From Vulcanimicrobiota bacterium (GTDB taxonomy: Bacteria; Vulcanimicrobiota; Vulcanimicrobiia; Vulcanimicrobiales; Vulcanimicrobiaceae): a stretch of 64,000 nt of DNA. Shown here one piece after another: positions 21,812 through 33,566 of the stretch. The notes under the pieces are model-generated. The model ran no database searches. It was not told the DNA's origin and saw only the letters and a program-made list of their open reading frames with translations. Position 1 is the first letter of the stretch. Each line of letters starts with the position of its first letter. Location of the stretch: the NCBI GenBank assembly GCA_963723515.1, contig CAVRQT010000003.1, positions 736,001 through 800,000 on the forward strand, written 5' to 3'. The position numbers and the translations under genes were made by a program.

Positions 21812-22900
21812 TTACTCCGTACTCTCCGTGGTTGGCTGCGACGGCTGTTGATCGCCTTGCGGCGAGGTCTGCTCGGGAGATGAGGACTCCTCGCTTGGCG
21901 CAGGCGACGTATCCGGCGAAACCTCGGGATTGGTCAGCTGTGTAGCGGCGTCATCGAAGTCCGGTTTGCCTTCGCCCGTATGCTGCTCAGCCGACGGTGC
22001 GGATGATTCCGGTACATGCTGTGCCGCTTCCGCAACGTCCGCAACATCGAGCTCATGCTGCGCAGCGGCCAGAACTTCTTCAGCTTGCGGGGGTTGTTGA
22101 ACGTCGCTCGGCGCAGCGGCGATGTCATCGATTGTCGGAGCGGGCGCAGCCGGCATCGCTTCCGCCACCGGAGCACTCGTCCGCGCAGCGCGCGGCCGCG
22201 CCGGTCGTGTGGCTCTTTCGCGACGGAACGTCGTTCGCTCCGTCCGTTCCGCACGGCCTTCGCCGCGCGCTTGCTCGGGGAGCACTTCACCCCGATAGAT
22301 CCAAACCTTCACGCCGATGCGCCCGAACGTCGTAAACGCCTCGACATGCGCATAGTCGATGTCGGCGCGCAGCGTATGCAAGGGTACCTTGCCGTCGTGG
22401 TTGCGCTCGCTGCGCGCGATTTCCGAGCCGCCTAAACGCCCAGCAACCTGCACCTTAATGCCGCGCGCGCCGGCCTTCATGCTTCGCATGATCGCCTGTT
22501 TCATCGCCCGGCGAAAGGCAATGCGCTTCTCGAGTTGATCGACGATGTTCTGCGCAACCAGCCGTGCGTCGAGCTCGATTTGCCGAATCTCGATGACATT
22601 CACTTGAACTGTCTTGCCCGTCAGCTGCTCGAGGTTCTTGCGGATTTCTTCAATTCCAACACCGCGCTTGCCGATGATGATGCCGGGCTTGCCGGTGTTG
22701 ATGATGACGCGAACCTGATTGCTGCGGCGCTCGATTTCGATTCGGCTGATCGCTGCCGGCCGCATCCAGCGCGCAAAGTACTTGCGAATCGCCGTATCTC
22801 CACTCAGCCATTCGGCGTAGTGCTTCTTCTCGAACCAGCGGCTATCCCAAGTTCGCGTGATGCCCAATCGCAAGCCGACCGGATGAATTTTCTGACCCAT
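21812..22900 (-). CDS. rpsC: 30S ribosomal protein S3 with ~150-aa low-complexity C-terminal tail
   Basis: [32 protein letters not shown]. Confidence 0.99.
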   Translation of the reverse strand: MGQKIHPVGLRLGITRTWDSRWFEKKHYAEWLSGDTAIRKYFARWMRPAAISRIEIERRSNQVRVIINTGKPGIIIGKRGVGIEEIRKNLEQLTGKTVQVNVIEIRQIELDARLVAQNIVDQLEKRIAFRRAMKQAIMRSMKAGARGIKVQVAGRLGGSEIARSERNHDGKVPLHTLRADIDYAHVEAFTTFGRIGVKVWIYRGEVLPEQARGEGRAERTERTTFRRERATRPARPRAARTSAPVAEAMPAAPAPTIDDIAAAPSDVQQPPQAEEVLAAAQHELDVADVAEAAQHVPESSAPSAEQHTGEGKPDFDDAATQLTNPEVSPDTSPAPSEESSSPEQTSPQGDQQPSQPTTESTE

Positions 22901-23439
22901 TAGCTTTGCTCCGCCGGCTTGCGCTGCGTCTTCTTACGAGCCGCCGTCTTGCGACGGGCGGTCGTTTTCTTCGCGCCGGACTTCGCTGCTTCGCCTGTAT
23001 GCGGCGAACGGCGCGCCTGACGCTTCAACGAGATCGATGCCCCTGCACGCGCCTGAGGAGCGCGCCGCGGCGGCGTTTCGCTCACGACAACGGTGACGTG
23101 CGAAAGGCGCTTGCGCTTGAAGTTCGCGCGGCCTTGCGCTCGCGGATCCAAACGCTTCGTAAACTTCCCGCCCGGACCGCCATCGACGGTGATGCGGGCG
23201 ACGTACAGAGTGTCGGTGTTCATGTTGTGGTTGTTTTCAGCATTTGCAACGGCGCTGCGCACGAGCTTCTCCAACGGTCGCGCGGCAAAGACGCCGGCAA
23301 ACTGCAGCAACACGAGCGCTTCCTGAACTTTCTTGCCGCGAATCGCGTCGGCGACGCGGCGCAATTTACGAGGCGCCATACGCGCAAACTTTAGATGCGC
23401 CACGGCTTCCGTTCTGGCTTGAGCAGCGGTTTCGGTCAT
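22900..23439 (-). CDS. rplV: 50S ribosomal protein L22 with basic C-terminal extension
   Basis: [33 protein letters not shown]. Confidence 0.98.
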   Translation of the reverse strand: MTETAAQARTEAVAHLKFARMAPRKLRRVADAIRGKKVQEALVLLQFAGVFAARPLEKLVRSAVANAENNHNMNTDTLYVARITVDGGPGGKFTKRLDPRAQGRANFKRKRLSHVTVVVSETPPRRAPQARAGASISLKRQARRSPHTGEAAKSGAKKTTARRKTAARKKTQRKPAEQS

Positions 23440-23718
23440 GTCTTCACTGCCGACTTATCGGAGCCGCTATGCGCGCGGAAAATACGCGTCGGCGCAAACT
23501 CACCGAGCTTATGCCCGACCATATTTTCAGTGATGAAGATCGGAACGTGCGCCTTTCCGTTGTGAACGGAAATCGTATGCCCGACCATCGCCGGAATCAC
23601 GGTTGATGCTCGGCTCCATGTTTTGATGACGCGCTTCTCTCGCGCCTTATTGAGCGCTTCGATCTTCTCAAGCAGCGGCTCGGCCACGAAAGGGGCCTTT
23701 CTTCAGACTCCGGCTCAC
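23436..23718 (-). CDS. rpsS: 30S ribosomal protein S19 (GTG start; 1-nt frameshift near 23690)
   Basis: [10 protein letters not shown] in one frame continues as VAEPLL...KTWSRAS...GHKLGEF in the next. Confidence 0.97.
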
Positions 23719-24542
23719 TTAGAGCTCCTGCGACGCACGATCATCTTGGCCGTGCGCTTGTTACGGCGGGTCTTCTTGCCCATCGTCATTTGGCCCCAAG
23801 GCGTGGTCGGTGCGCGACCGGATGTCGAACGCGCTTCACCGCCGCCGTGCGGATGGTCAACGGGATTCATGGCAATGCCGCGCACCGTCGGACGACGGCC
23901 GCGATGCCGCTGGCGTCCCGCCTTGCCGACGACTTCATTTTCATGATCGAGGTTGCCGAGTTGGCCGATCGTCGCTCGGCAGTTCACGAGTACCTTACGC
24001 ACTTCACCCGAGGGCATGCGAATCTGCGCGTAGGCATCTTCCTTAGCCATCAACTGCGCTGAGCCGCCGGCGCTGCGCACGAGCTTGGCGCCTTCACCCG
24101 GACGCAGCTCGATGTTGTGCAGAACCGTGCCGAGCGGGATGTTTTGAATCGGCAGGCAGTTCCCGGCTTTGATGTCGGCTGACGGACCGGACTCGATCAC
24201 ATCCCCGACGCGTAGTTCCGCCGGCGCAAGGATGTAGCGCTTCTCGCCATCACGATAGTGCAATCGCGCGATGCGCGCTGACCGGTTCGGATCGTATTCG
24301 ATCGTGGCGACCTTCGCCGGAATCGCATCTTTCTGCCGCTTGAAGTCGATAATGCGATACAGCTTGCGGTAGCCGCCGCCTCGATGCCGCACGGTGATGT
24401 GGCCGTTGAAATTGCGTCCCGAATGCTTCTTACGAATCTCGGTCAACGCGCGTTCCGGCCTTACCGCACTCAGCTCGGAGAAGTCCATTGTCGTCATGAA
24501 ACGGCGCCCGGCACTGGTCGCCTTATATTTTTTAACCGGCAT
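23715..24542 (-). CDS. rplB: 50S ribosomal protein L2 (true start 24542, MPVKKYK)
   Basis: [24 protein letters not shown]. Confidence 0.99.
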   Translation of the reverse strand: MPVKKYKATSAGRRFMTTMDFSELSAVRPERALTEIRKKHSGRNFNGHITVRHRGGGYRKLYRIIDFKRQKDAIPAKVATIEYDPNRSARIARLHYRDGEKRYILAPAELRVGDVIESGPSADIKAGNCLPIQNIPLGTVLHNIELRPGEGAKLVRSAGGSAQLMAKEDAYAQIRMPSGEVRKVLVNCRATIGQLGNLDHENEVVGKAGRQRHRGRRPTVRGIAMNPVDHPHGGGEARSTSGRAPTTPWGQMTMGKKTRRNKRTAKMIVRRRSSK

Positions 24543-24850
24543 TATTGCTCGAAGTAGTTGACGCCGCCAAGCTCGATCTTCTGGCCTGACTTCAGAGTGA
24601 CAATCGCTTTCTTCCAATCCTTTTGGCGCCCAACCGTGCGCACGCCCCGCCTCGCGAAATGCCGCCTCTTGCCGCCAACGCTTGCGGTATTGATCTTGAT
24701 CACGTTGACTTTGAAGATCTCTTCGACCGCGTGACGGATCTGTGTTTTCGTCGCATGCGGGTGCACGGTAAAGGTGTACTGATGCGAGAGGGCGTTGTGC
24801 ATCGCTTTTTCCGTGATCCGCGGTGAGATAATGATGTCTCTTGGGTTCAC
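24542..24850 (-). CDS. rplW: 50S ribosomal protein L23
   Basis: [22 protein letters not shown]. Confidence 0.98.
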   Translation of the reverse strand: MNPRDIIISPRITEKAMHNALSHQYTFTVHPHATKTQIRHAVEEIFKVNVIKINTASVGGKRRHFARRGVRTVGRQKDWKKAIVTLKSGQKIELGGVNYFEQ

Positions 24851-24877
24851 TTAGAAGGCGCTCCGCTCTAAGCGCGG

Positions 24878-24901
24878 CTTGTCCTGAGCAGTGTCGAAGG
24901 A
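24878..24901. repeat. Dispersed REP-like repeat, degenerate copy 3 (rplD-rplW spacer)
   Basis: CTTGTCCTGAGCAGTGTCGAAGGA shares the CCTGAGC..TGTCGAAGG core with copy 2. Confidence 0.55.
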
Positions 24902-24990
24902 CGCCCCCCAGCCGAGCTGGGGCCCCCAAAACAGCGCTCCCTCACGAAATCGGAAAGAGCACGATCCCCCGTGGGGTCGCGTAAAGAACA

Positions 24991-25644
24991 TCATCGTTTT
25001 GTGTCCAGGCGTTTGCGGAGTTCGTCGTACGCAGCCGAGGTCAAGATGAGGCGGTTAAAGCGCAGCACGTCCTTCACGTCGAGTGCGCCGGTATGCGTGA
25101 CGCCGACGCGCCGGAGGTTTCGTCCGGCGAGATGTAACTGCTCGCCAACCGGCCGATATTCGTTCTGACCATAGACGATCAACGTTGAGGCCGCGTCCTT
25201 GGGCGCCGTCGTACTGCCGTAGAGAAGAGCTGCAAGATCGCGCGTCTTCTTCAGATCGATGCCGTTCGGTTCGAGCAACGTCACCGCGTCGTTTTGGAAG
25301 CGGTCCGAAAGCGCGGCGATGAATGCGGCGCGCCGTTCTCTTTTGTTGAGATCCGATGCATAGCTGCGTGGCTTAGGGCCAAAAACGACACCGCCATGTC
25401 GCCACTGCGGTGAACGAATCGATCCCTGACGCGCTCGGCCGGTGCCTTTTTGGCGCCAAGGCTTCCTCCCGCCGCCGCTGACTTCATCACGCCGTAATGT
25501 CGAGGCCGTGCCTGCCCGCGAGCTTGCGAGCTCGCGATGAACGGCACGAAAGATCACGTTCATCTTGTCGGCGGCCGATGCGCCGAAGATGGAGGGCACC
25601 GGTTCGTCACGCTGCACCTTGCCCGCCATATCGATCACCTGCAT
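24991..25644 (-). CDS. rplD: 50S ribosomal protein L4
   Basis: [25 protein letters not shown]. Confidence 0.99.
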   Translation of the reverse strand: MQVIDMAGKVQRDEPVPSIFGASAADKMNVIFRAVHRELASSRAGTASTLRRDEVSGGGRKPWRQKGTGRARQGSIRSPQWRHGGVVFGPKPRSYASDLNKRERRAAFIAALSDRFQNDAVTLLEPNGIDLKKTRDLAALLYGSTTAPKDAASTLIVYGQNEYRPVGEQLHLAGRNLRRVGVTHTGALDVKDVLRFNRLILTSAAYDELRKRLDTKR

Positions 25645-26270
25645 TAGCCGGCCGCCTTGACCGAGTTGCGGATGATGAGCAAACCGTTACGCGGTCCCGG
25701 CACCGGGCCACGAACGAGCAACAGATTGCGCTCCGCATCAGCGCGCATGACTTCTAAATTCTGCTGGGTCGTGCGATCGACGCCGAAGTGTCCGGGCCGG
25801 CGAGACCCTTTCATGACGCGGCCGGCATTCGTGTCGCTGTTGGAAGCCGGCTGGCGATGGATCATTGAGCCGTGGCTGGCGCCGCCGCCTGAAAAGTTAT
25901 GCCGCTTGATGCCTCCCGCGAAGCCGTGTCCCTTGGAGATGCCGACGACGTCCACGCGATCGCCCTGCGCAAAATCGGCCACGGTGACGACGCCGCCGAC
26001 GTCGGCGCCCTCAAGATCGGTCCGAAACTCTCGGATATAGCGCTTGGGATCGACGCCTATCTTCTTATAATGACCCCCGAGGGCGCGATTGGTCCTCGCC
26101 TTCTTGGCGTCGGCAAATGCAAGCGCGACGGCATCGTAGCCGTGGCTCTCTATCGTCCGGCGCTCAATGACCGTGCAGGGACCGGCCTCGATCACCGTTA
26201 CCGGCACAGATCGGCCGTCATCGGTGAAGACGCTCGTCATCCCGACTTTGCGGCCTAGGATGTTCTTCAA
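25644..26270 (-). CDS. rplC: 50S ribosomal protein L3 (TTG start)
   Basis: GRKVGMT, VPVTVIEAGP, SKGHGFAGGIKRHNF. Confidence 0.99.
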   Translation of the reverse strand: MKNILGRKVGMTSVFTDDGRSVPVTVIEAGPCTVIERRTIESHGYDAVALAFADAKKARTNRALGGHYKKIGVDPKRYIREFRTDLEGADVGGVVTVADFAQGDRVDVVGISKGHGFAGGIKRHNFSGGGASHGSMIHRQPASNSDTNAGRVMKGSRRPGHFGVDRTTQQNLEVMRADAERNLLLVRGPVPGPRNGLLIIRNSVKAAG

Positions 26271-26367
26271 TCGCTCCTCTTAAGTACACGGGGCCACGCG
26301 TGTGGTACTTTGTCTTTCTCCGGTCGCGGCAAGCTACGCCGCGGCCGAAGTGGACGGCAACCCCCGT

Positions 26368-26396
26368 ACTTTAGCAAATCGCTCCTGGGCCGTCAA
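26368..26396 (-). promoter_or_regulatory. Promoter for the rplC-led S10/spc transcript
   Basis: TTGACG-N17-TAAAGT with extended TG. Confidence 0.72.
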
Positions 26397-26427
26397 CGAA
26401 CGGCTCCGGATTTGCGGGCGGGTCTCC

Positions 26428-27587
26428 TTAGGTGAAAGCGGCGTGGCCGGTGATGGTCTCGCCGAGAATCAGCGTATGGATCTCGCTCGTCCCTTCGTAG
26501 GTCAACACCGATTCGAGATTATTCATGTGGCGGATCACGGGATACTCCAGCGTGACGCCGTTGGCACCAAGCACGGCGCGCGCTTCACGCGCAATTGCCA
26601 GAGCCTCTCGAACGTTGTTGAGCTTGCCGAAGCTCACTTGCTCTGAGGTCAGCTTCTCACATCTTTCATTCGACCAATGTGTAAGGCGAGTAGCGTGCCT
26701 TTGTTCAATTCCAGCAGCATGTTGACGAGCTTCTGCTGCGTGATCTGAAACGCCGCAATCGGGCGTTCAAATTGAATGCGCGTTCTTGCGTACTCCAAAG
26801 CCGCCTCATAACAGGCGCGAGCGGCTCCCATTGCGCCCCAGATGATCCCGTAGCGCGCTTCATTTAAACACGCGAGCGGGCCGCGCAATCCGTTGGCATG
26901 CGGCAACTGCGCGTCGGCCGGAACGCGGCAATCGGTCAGAACGAGTTCCGAGGTCACCGAGGCACGCAGCGACAACTTGCGCTCGATGTCGCTGCTGGTG
27001 AGTCCCTTAGTTTTCGTCGGAATGCAGAAACCGCGAATCCCATCGTCGGTTTGCGCCCAGATGATCGCCACGTCGGAAATGCTTCCGTTGGTGATCCACA
27101 TCTTCGTGCCGTTGAGCACCCAATCCGAGCCGCTGCGTCGCGCGGTTGTCCGCAGGCCGGCCGGGTTGCTGCCGTAGTCCGGCTCGGTCAAACCAAAGCA
27201 CCCGATCGATTCCCCACGTGCCATGCGTGGGAGCCACGTTTCTTTTTGCTCTTGCGACCCCCAGCGATAAATCGCGAACATCGCCAGCGAGCCTTGAACG
27301 GAGGTGAACGATCGGACGCCCGAATCGCCGGCTTCCAACTCAAGACATGCGAGCCCGTATGCCGTTGCCGAAGCGCCCGTGCAGCCGTACCCGTGCAAAT
27401 GCATGCCGAGAAGCCCGAGCGCGCCAAGCTCCTTCGCCAATTCACGCGGAAAGACGCCGTCTTCAAACCACTCTGCAATTGAGGGCAGAACGCGCTCGCG
27501 CACAAACGAACGAACCGTGTCGCGGATCATGCGCTCCTCGTCGCTAAGGAGCGCATCGATATTTAGAAGATCAACCGCCGCGCTCAT
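26428..27587 (-). CDS. Acyl-CoA dehydrogenase, glutaryl-CoA dehydrogenase-like (frameshift near 26660)
   Basis: [36 protein letters not shown]; next frame [14 protein letters not shown]. Confidence 0.9.
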
Positions 27588-28009
27588 CGCCGCAAAACGC
27601 GTGCGATCTTATCAAATAGTCCTTCAATCGAGCGCTCGTTGGCATCTTCAAGCCGCCGCCACAACAAGCGCCCTTCGGTATCGCTCAGATCAGCGTCGAT
27701 CCGATGTTCGACTTTCGTCTGCTTGCCTTCGCTCGATACATAGAAGCCATGCGTGCCGTCAACGCCCTCATTTTGGATGCGCCAGACGATATGTTCTTCC
27801 GGCACGACCTCTTCAAGGACCGCGTGAAAGCCGTTATGCCACTCTTCCGTACGGCCGGGAACGAGTGGCCCGGGCGAGCGCATAAACGGTTGCGACGCAA
27901 ACGGCCAAACGATGTCGTTCGACGTCCCCATATCGACTAACAGTTGGAAAATTCGGCGCTTGGTGCCTGAGAAAACGCGCTCGCGCTTCTCGTGCAGCGG
28001 GATCGACAT
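27584..28009 (-). CDS. Hypothetical protein, possibly SRPBCC/START fold
   Basis: 141 aa, ATGA-coupled to the ACAD gene; VLEEVVPEEHIVWRI...GTHGFYV and an amphipathic C-terminal helix. Confidence 0.65.
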   Translation of the reverse strand: MSIPLHEKRERVFSGTKRRIFQLLVDMGTSNDIVWPFASQPFMRSPGPLVPGRTEEWHNGFHAVLEEVVPEEHIVWRIQNEGVDGTHGFYVSSEGKQTKVEHRIDADLSDTEGRLLWRRLEDANERSIEGLFDKIARVLRR

Positions 28010-28156
28010 GGCGGCCTGTTTCGCCCAGCGGCTGGCCGGTTCTTCGTCAGAAGTAGTCGCCGCAAACGAACGACACCGCGTTCGTCGGCAAAGCGTTCGT
28101 CAATTCGGTTCTAGCGCGCTGAGGTCACCGCTCAAATCTGCGCGTCCTACTGTGAG

Positions 28157-28315
28157 CTAGGACGCAACCTTGTCCAAGATATACTTCGCGTACCAGGAGG
28201 GCCAATCCGCATCAGCATGGCCCAAGCGCTTCTCGAACTCGGCGTGCGCTGCTTCAGCTTCACAAAGTAATTGCGTCAACCGCTCTTGGGCGTTCGTCCC
28301 TAAATCAATTTGCAT
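28157..28315 (-). CDS. Small hypothetical protein, 52 aa
   Basis: EAEAAHAEFEKRLGHADADWPSWYAKY resembles the helical C-terminal extension of some VOC/glyoxalase proteins (from recall). Confidence 0.7.
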   Translation of the reverse strand: MQIDLGTNAQERLTQLLCEAEAAHAEFEKRLGHADADWPSWYAKYILDKVAS

Positions 28316-28325
28316 TGCTTGCGAC

Positions 28326-28562
28326 CTATGCTTTCGGGCCGATGTCACGTTGGGCGATTTTGCCGAGATTTTGCATGACGACGACGGCGATAATTGTAAT
28401 GACGAGCGCATAGATAAACTCTGAGAGTATCCCTTGACCAGCCGGGAAGAAGTGCTTGAAGAAATCGGTGATCGCCGTATTCCAAGCCAAGGCCGCGATC
28501 AAGCCGAAGGCTGCGGTCGCTAGGGCGATCATTGTCCCGAGATAGGTTGGCTTTATTTCCAT
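28326..28562 (-). CDS. DUF5654-like small membrane protein
   Basis: [25 protein letters not shown]...[10 protein letters not shown]. Confidence 0.8.
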   Translation of the reverse strand: MEIKPTYLGTMIALATAAFGLIAALAWNTAITDFFKHFFPAGQGILSEFIYALVITIIAVVVMQNLGKIAQRDIGPKA

Positions 28563-28574
28563 CAGTACTCCCTC

Positions 28575-28602
28575 AAAGAAAAAGCACGAGTTCATCGTGC
28601 TT
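28575..28602 (-). terminator. Intrinsic terminator directly after rpsJ
   Basis: Minus strand AAGCACGA-TGAAC-TCGTGCTT-TTTCTTT. Confidence 0.72.
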
Positions 28603-28627
28603 CTGTGATTCTCCTAAGATACGCGCG

Positions 28628-28936
<309 letters not shown>

Positions 28937-28978
28937 TATTTCCGTTCAAGCTTTGTTTGTATAAACTACCGGGATGAT

Positions 28979-30181
28979 CTAGTCCTGGACCGCGGTTACG
29001 ACGCCGGCGCCTACAGTTCTGCCGCCCTCGCGGATCGCGAACCGTAAACCTTCTTCACACGCGATCGGTGTGATCAACTCCACGTCCATCGCGACGTTGT
29101 CGCCCGGCATTACCATCTCGACGCCTTCAGGCAACTTGATCGTGCCGGTCACATCGGTCGTGCGGAAGTAAAATTGCGGCCGGTAGTTCGCAAAGAACGG
29201 CGTGTGGCGCCCGCCCTCTTCCTTAGATAAGACGTACACCTCGGCTTTGAACTTCTTGTGCGGCTTGATCGAGCCGGGTTTGGCCAAAACCTGACCCCGC
29301 TCGATCTCGTTGCGGTCGATACCGCGCAGCAGCACGCCGATGTTGTCGCCGGCAATGCCGACGTCGAGCAACTTGCGAAACATCTCGATGCCGGTGACGA
29401 CCGACTTCTTCGATTGATCCTGTAGCCCGACGATCTCGACTTCCTCACCTACTTTGACCTGGCCACGCTCGACACGGCCGGTTCCGACCGTTCCGCGTCC
29501 AGTGATCGTGAAGACGTCTTCCACCGGCATCAGGAACGGTTTATCAACCGCGCGCTCCGGCGTCGGGATGTACTCATCAACCGTGTCCATCAGTTTGTAG
29601 ATCGGCTCGGCATCCGCATCGCCGCGCTTCAGCGAGCTGTTCAGCGCCTTCAGCGCCGAGCCGCGAATGATCGGCGTATCGTCGCCGGGGAATTCGTACT
29701 GCGTCAAGAGTTCGCGGATCTCCATCTCGACAAGCTCGAGCAATTCCTCATCTTCGACCATGTCGGTCTTGTTCAGAAAGACGACGATGTATGGAACGCC
29801 GACCTGCTTCATGAGCAGAATGTGCTCGCGAGTCTGCGGCATCGGTCCGTCCGTTGCCGAGACGACCAGGATTGCGCCGTCCATTTGCGCTGCTCCGGTG
29901 ATCATGTTCTTGATGTAGTCGGCGTGACCCGGGCAGTCAACATGCGCGTAGTGACGCTTCTGCGTCTCGTACTCCTGATGCGAGATCGCGATCGTAATGC
30001 CGCGCTCTTTCTCCTCGGGCGCATTGTCGATGTCGTCAACGCTGCGCTTCTGAATGGTCGAATTCTCGCTGGCGAGGCAGTTGATAATTGCCGCGGTAAG
30101 CGTTGTCTTACCGTGGTCGACGTGCCCCGTCGTGCCGATGTTCACGTGCGGCTTAGAACGTTCGAATTTTGCCTTCGCCAT
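28979..30181 (-). CDS. tuf: Elongation factor Tu
   Basis: [29 protein letters not shown]. Confidence 0.99.
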   Translation of the reverse strand: MAKAKFERSKPHVNIGTTGHVDHGKTTLTAAIINCLASENSTIQKRSVDDIDNAPEEKERGITIAISHQEYETQKRHYAHVDCPGHADYIKNMITGAAQMDGAILVVSATDGPMPQTREHILLMKQVGVPYIVVFLNKTDMVEDEELLELVEMEIRELLTQYEFPGDDTPIIRGSALKALNSSLKRGDADAEPIYKLMDTVDEYIPTPERAVDKPFLMPVEDVFTITGRGTVGTGRVERGQVKVGEEVEIVGLQDQSKKSVVTGIEMFRKLLDVGIAGDNIGVLLRGIDRNEIERGQVLAKPGSIKPHKKFKAEVYVLSKEEGGRHTPFFANYRPQFYFRTTDVTGTIKLPEGVEMVMPGDNVAMDVELITPIACEEGLRFAIREGGRTVGAGVVTAVQD

Positions 30182-30294
30182 GTTTTCCTTTACTTGTCCT
30201 TATGATTGTTGATGCTTGTAGTTTACTTCTTCTTCGGATCACCACCGTCAGGCGGCGCTTTTCCTACCGCCATTCGACGGCTCAGTGTGCGGCA

Positions 30295-32388
30295 CTATGC
30301 TGCCGTCCTCTTACCTGCAGATTTGGCGATGATCTCCTCCTCAACGGACTTTGGCGCTTTCTCGTAGTGCGAGAACTCCATCGTGTATGTCGCGCGACCT
30401 TGAGTCGCCGATCGCATATCCGTCGCGTAGCCGAACATTTCGGAGAGCGGAACGTTCGCCGTAATGACCTGGGCTCCGCCGGGCGCTTCTTCCGTTGACT
30501 GAATCAGCCCGCGGCGCCGGTTCAGATCGCCGGTGATCGCCCCCATGTAGTCTTTGGGCGTCGTCACTTCGACCTTCATGATCGGCTCGAGCAAGATCGG
30601 TCCGGCCGCCCGATTCGCTTCCTTGAACGCCATCGAGCCGGCGATCTTGAACGCCATCTCCGATGAGTCGACGTCGTGGTACGAGCCGTCAAAGAGCGTC
30701 GCTTTAAAATCTAAGACCGGATAGCCGGCCAGCACGCCACTCTGGGAAGCCTCGCGCACGCCCTCCTCAACCGGCTTGATGAACTCTCGAGGAATGGCGC
30801 CGCCGACGATTTTGGATTCGAAGAGAAAGCCGCTTCCCGCGTCTTGGGGCTGCAAGCGCAGCCAAACGTCGCCGTATTGGCCTTTGCCGCCGCTTTGACG
30901 CACGAACCGACCCTGCTTCTCAACGGTTTTGGTGATCGCTTCTTTATATGCAACCTGCGGTTTACCGACATTCGCGTCGACGCGGAACTCACGGCGCAAG
31001 CGGTCGAGGATGATCTCGAGATGCAGCTCGCCCATCCCGCGGATGATCGTCTGCTGCGTCTCCTCATCGGTGCGCATCTGAAAGGTCGGATCTTCTTGCG
31101 CCAAGCGCGTTAAGGCGATGCCAAGCTTATCTTGATCTCCCTTGGTCTTCGGCTCGATCGCCTGCGAGATTACCGGCTCCGGGAAGGTGATCGACTCGAG
31201 AATAATCGGGTGTTTTTCGTCGCAGAGCGTATCGCCGGTGCGAGTATCGCCCAAGCCGACCGCCGCCGCGATGTCGCCCGCACCGATCGATTCGATATCT
31301 TCACGGTGGTTCGCATGCATGCGCAAGATCCGTCCGATGCGCTCTTTCTACCCGAGCGCGGATTGAAAACGTACGATCCTTTATTCAGCGTCCCGGAGTA
31401 GACGCGGAAGTAGGTGAGGTTGCCGTACGGATCGGTCGCGATCTTAAATGCAAGGGCAGCGAAAGGCTCACCATCATCAGGCTTGCGTTCGACGGCTGCG
31501 CCGGTCTTCGGATCTAGCTCCGACGATCGGTTTCGCGTCGAGCGGCGACGGCAAGAAATCAACGATCGCATCGAGCAGCGGCTGAACGCCCTTGTTCTTG
31601 AATGCGGATCCGCAAAGCATCGGCAGAACGGTGCCGTCGATCGTCGCGATACGTAGGGCGCGTTTGAGCTCTGCTTCCTCGATGTGCTCGCCAAGCAAGA
31701 ATTTTTCCGTGAGCCCCTCGTCGCTTTCCGAAATCGCCTCGATCAAATCGTGACGCCACTTTTCGGCGGTGTCTTTGAGGTCGGCTGGAATCTCTTGCAC
31801 CTCGACCGTCTCTCCGAGATCATCCTGATAGATCAGCGCCTTCATCGCAAAGAGATCGACGATGCCGCGAAAGTGGTCTTCCGATCCCACTGGAATCTGA
31901 ATCGGCGTCGCGCGTGCGCCAAGGCGCTCGCGAATCTTGTAGACCGCGTTGAAGAAATCGGCGCCCATGCGATCCATCTTATTGACGAAGATGATGCGCG
32001 GAACGCGATACTTGTTCGCTTGGCGCCAAACCGTTTCGGATTGCGGCTGCACGGCGGCCACAGAATCGAAGAGGGCGACCAGGCCGTCGAGGACACGAAG
32101 CGACCGCTCGACCTCGACCGTGAAGTCCACGTGGCCAGGCGTATCGATGATGTTAATGCGCGTGTCTTTCCAAGTGCAGGCGGTCGCAGCCGAGGTTATC
32201 GTGATGCCGCGCTCCTGCTCTTGCGGCATCCAGTCCATCGTAGCCGCGCCTTCATGCACCTCACCCAGCTTATGTGTGCGGCCGGTGTAGAAAAGGATCC
32301 GCTCCGTCGCCGTCGTTTTGCCGGCGTCGATGTGGGCAGCGATTCCAATGTTGCGCGTTGCCGCTAGCGAGAAATCTCGTTTGGCCAT
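30295..32388 (-). CDS. fusA: Elongation factor G (frameshifts near 31520 and 31348)
   Basis: [32 protein letters not shown] across three consecutive frames. Confidence 0.98.
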
Positions 32389-32409
32389 GTTCTAAAAGTG
32401 GGGCGGCGC

Positions 32410-32880
32410 CTACCAGCGGTAATGCGCGAAGGCCTTATTCGCCTCGGCCATCTTATGCGTGTCTTCGCGCTTCTTGATCGTCGCGCCGAGGTTGTTGGCC
32501 GCGTCCATCAGCTCCTCAGCAAGCTTCTCTTGCATCGAATGGCCGGGACGCTTGCGCGCAAACTGAATCAGCCAGCGCATCGCCATCGCCTGGCGCCGAT
32601 CCGGCCGGACTTCCATTGGGACCTGATAGGTGGCGCCGCCGACTCGTCGTGGACGCACCTCGACCAGCGGCATCGCGTTCGAAAGCGCCTGCGAGAAGAT
32701 GTCCATCGGATCGCGGCCCAGCTTCTCCTCAACGATCTTGAGCGCGTCATAGCAAATCGACTCCGCGACGGACTTCTTGCCGCAGAGCATGACCTTATTA
32801 ATGAAGCGCGACAGTACTTTTGAATTGTACTTTGGATCCGGGAGAATCTGGCGCTTGGCAGCCGGTCCCTTACGAGGCAA
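32410..32880 (-). CDS. rpsG: 30S ribosomal protein S7 (TTG start)
   Basis: [24 protein letters not shown]. Confidence 0.99.
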   Translation of the reverse strand: MPRKGPAAKRQILPDPKYNSKVLSRFINKVMLCGKKSVAESICYDALKIVEEKLGRDPMDIFSQALSNAMPLVEVRPRRVGGATYQVPMEVRPDRRQAMAMRWLIQFARKRPGHSMQEKLAEELMDAANNLGATIKKREDTHKMAEANKAFAHYRW

Positions 32881-32900
32881 TCTCTACTCCTAAATCTTTC

Positions 32901-33338
32901 TTATTTCTTTATGCGCTTGGCGCCGTATTTCGAGCGGCCCTGTTTGCGATTCGCCGCACCCGAAGTGTCGAGCGTACCGCGGATGATGTGGTATCGCACG
33001 CCGGGCAAATCTTTCACGCGGCCGCCCCTGATGAGAACGACGGAGTGCTCCTGAAGGTTGTGGCCGATGCCCGGAATATAGGCGGTGACCTCTTCGCCGT
33101 TGGTTAACCGCACGCGGGCGACTTTACGCAGCGCCGAGTTCGGCTTCTTTGGCGTGATCGTCTTAACTTGCGTGCAGACGCCGCGGCGCTGCGGGTTGCC
33201 CGCAACTTCAAAAGACCGCAATGGCAAGTCGGGATGGCCCGGCTTCGGCCCTGTCTGGACCACGCGGAAAGCCGGCGTCTTGACCTTCTTTTGGACCTTT
33301 TCGCGGCCTTTACGGACCAACTGACTAATCGTCGGCAA
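32901..33338 (-). CDS. rpsL: 30S ribosomal protein S12 with N-terminal insertion (TTG start)
   Basis: [21 protein letters not shown]. Confidence 0.99.
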   Translation of the reverse strand: MPTISQLVRKGREKVQKKVKTPAFRVVQTGPKPGHPDLPLRSFEVAGNPQRRGVCTQVKTITPKKPNSALRKVARVRLTNGEEVTAYIPGIGHNLQEHSVVLIRGGRVKDLPGVRYHIIRGTLDTSGAANRKQGRSKYGAKRIKK

Positions 33339-33412
33339 CGATCTTCCTTCTCAATAACGGCTAAGGGCACACACAAATTCGGCCGCACCGCGAGGTGGGC
33401 CGGAACCACGGC

Positions 33413-33441
33413 ATTATAACAAGCGGCGCACGGAGCGTCAA
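33413..33441 (-). promoter_or_regulatory. str operon promoter
   Basis: TTGACG-N17-TATAAT with extended TG. Confidence 0.88.
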
Positions 33442-33566
33442 ACCGCGGTCAAACGGTCGCTTTGGGACGCCTTATTATAAGGAAGGCACGCGACAATAAC
33501 CCTAGGCGCCGAAAGAGGAAGCACAGAAAGTGGGTTGCTCGCTTCGGACACGAAGGCATCGTCGTC

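Noticed and set aside
24543..24929. 404-aa L2 with N-terminal extension, and long forms of L14 and S17 in the ORF track
   Set aside because: Extensions overlap upstream genes; canonical starts exist at 24542, 20924 and 21181
9654..28627. Cargo inside the ribosomal cluster as a mobile element or prophage
   Set aside because: No integrase, transposase, terminal repeats or obvious compositional shift
30295..32388. Programmed frameshifting or pseudogenisation of fusA, infA and rpsS
   Set aside because: Essential genes, no consistent slippery motif, and the same indel pattern occurs window-wide; sequencing error is the simpler explanation
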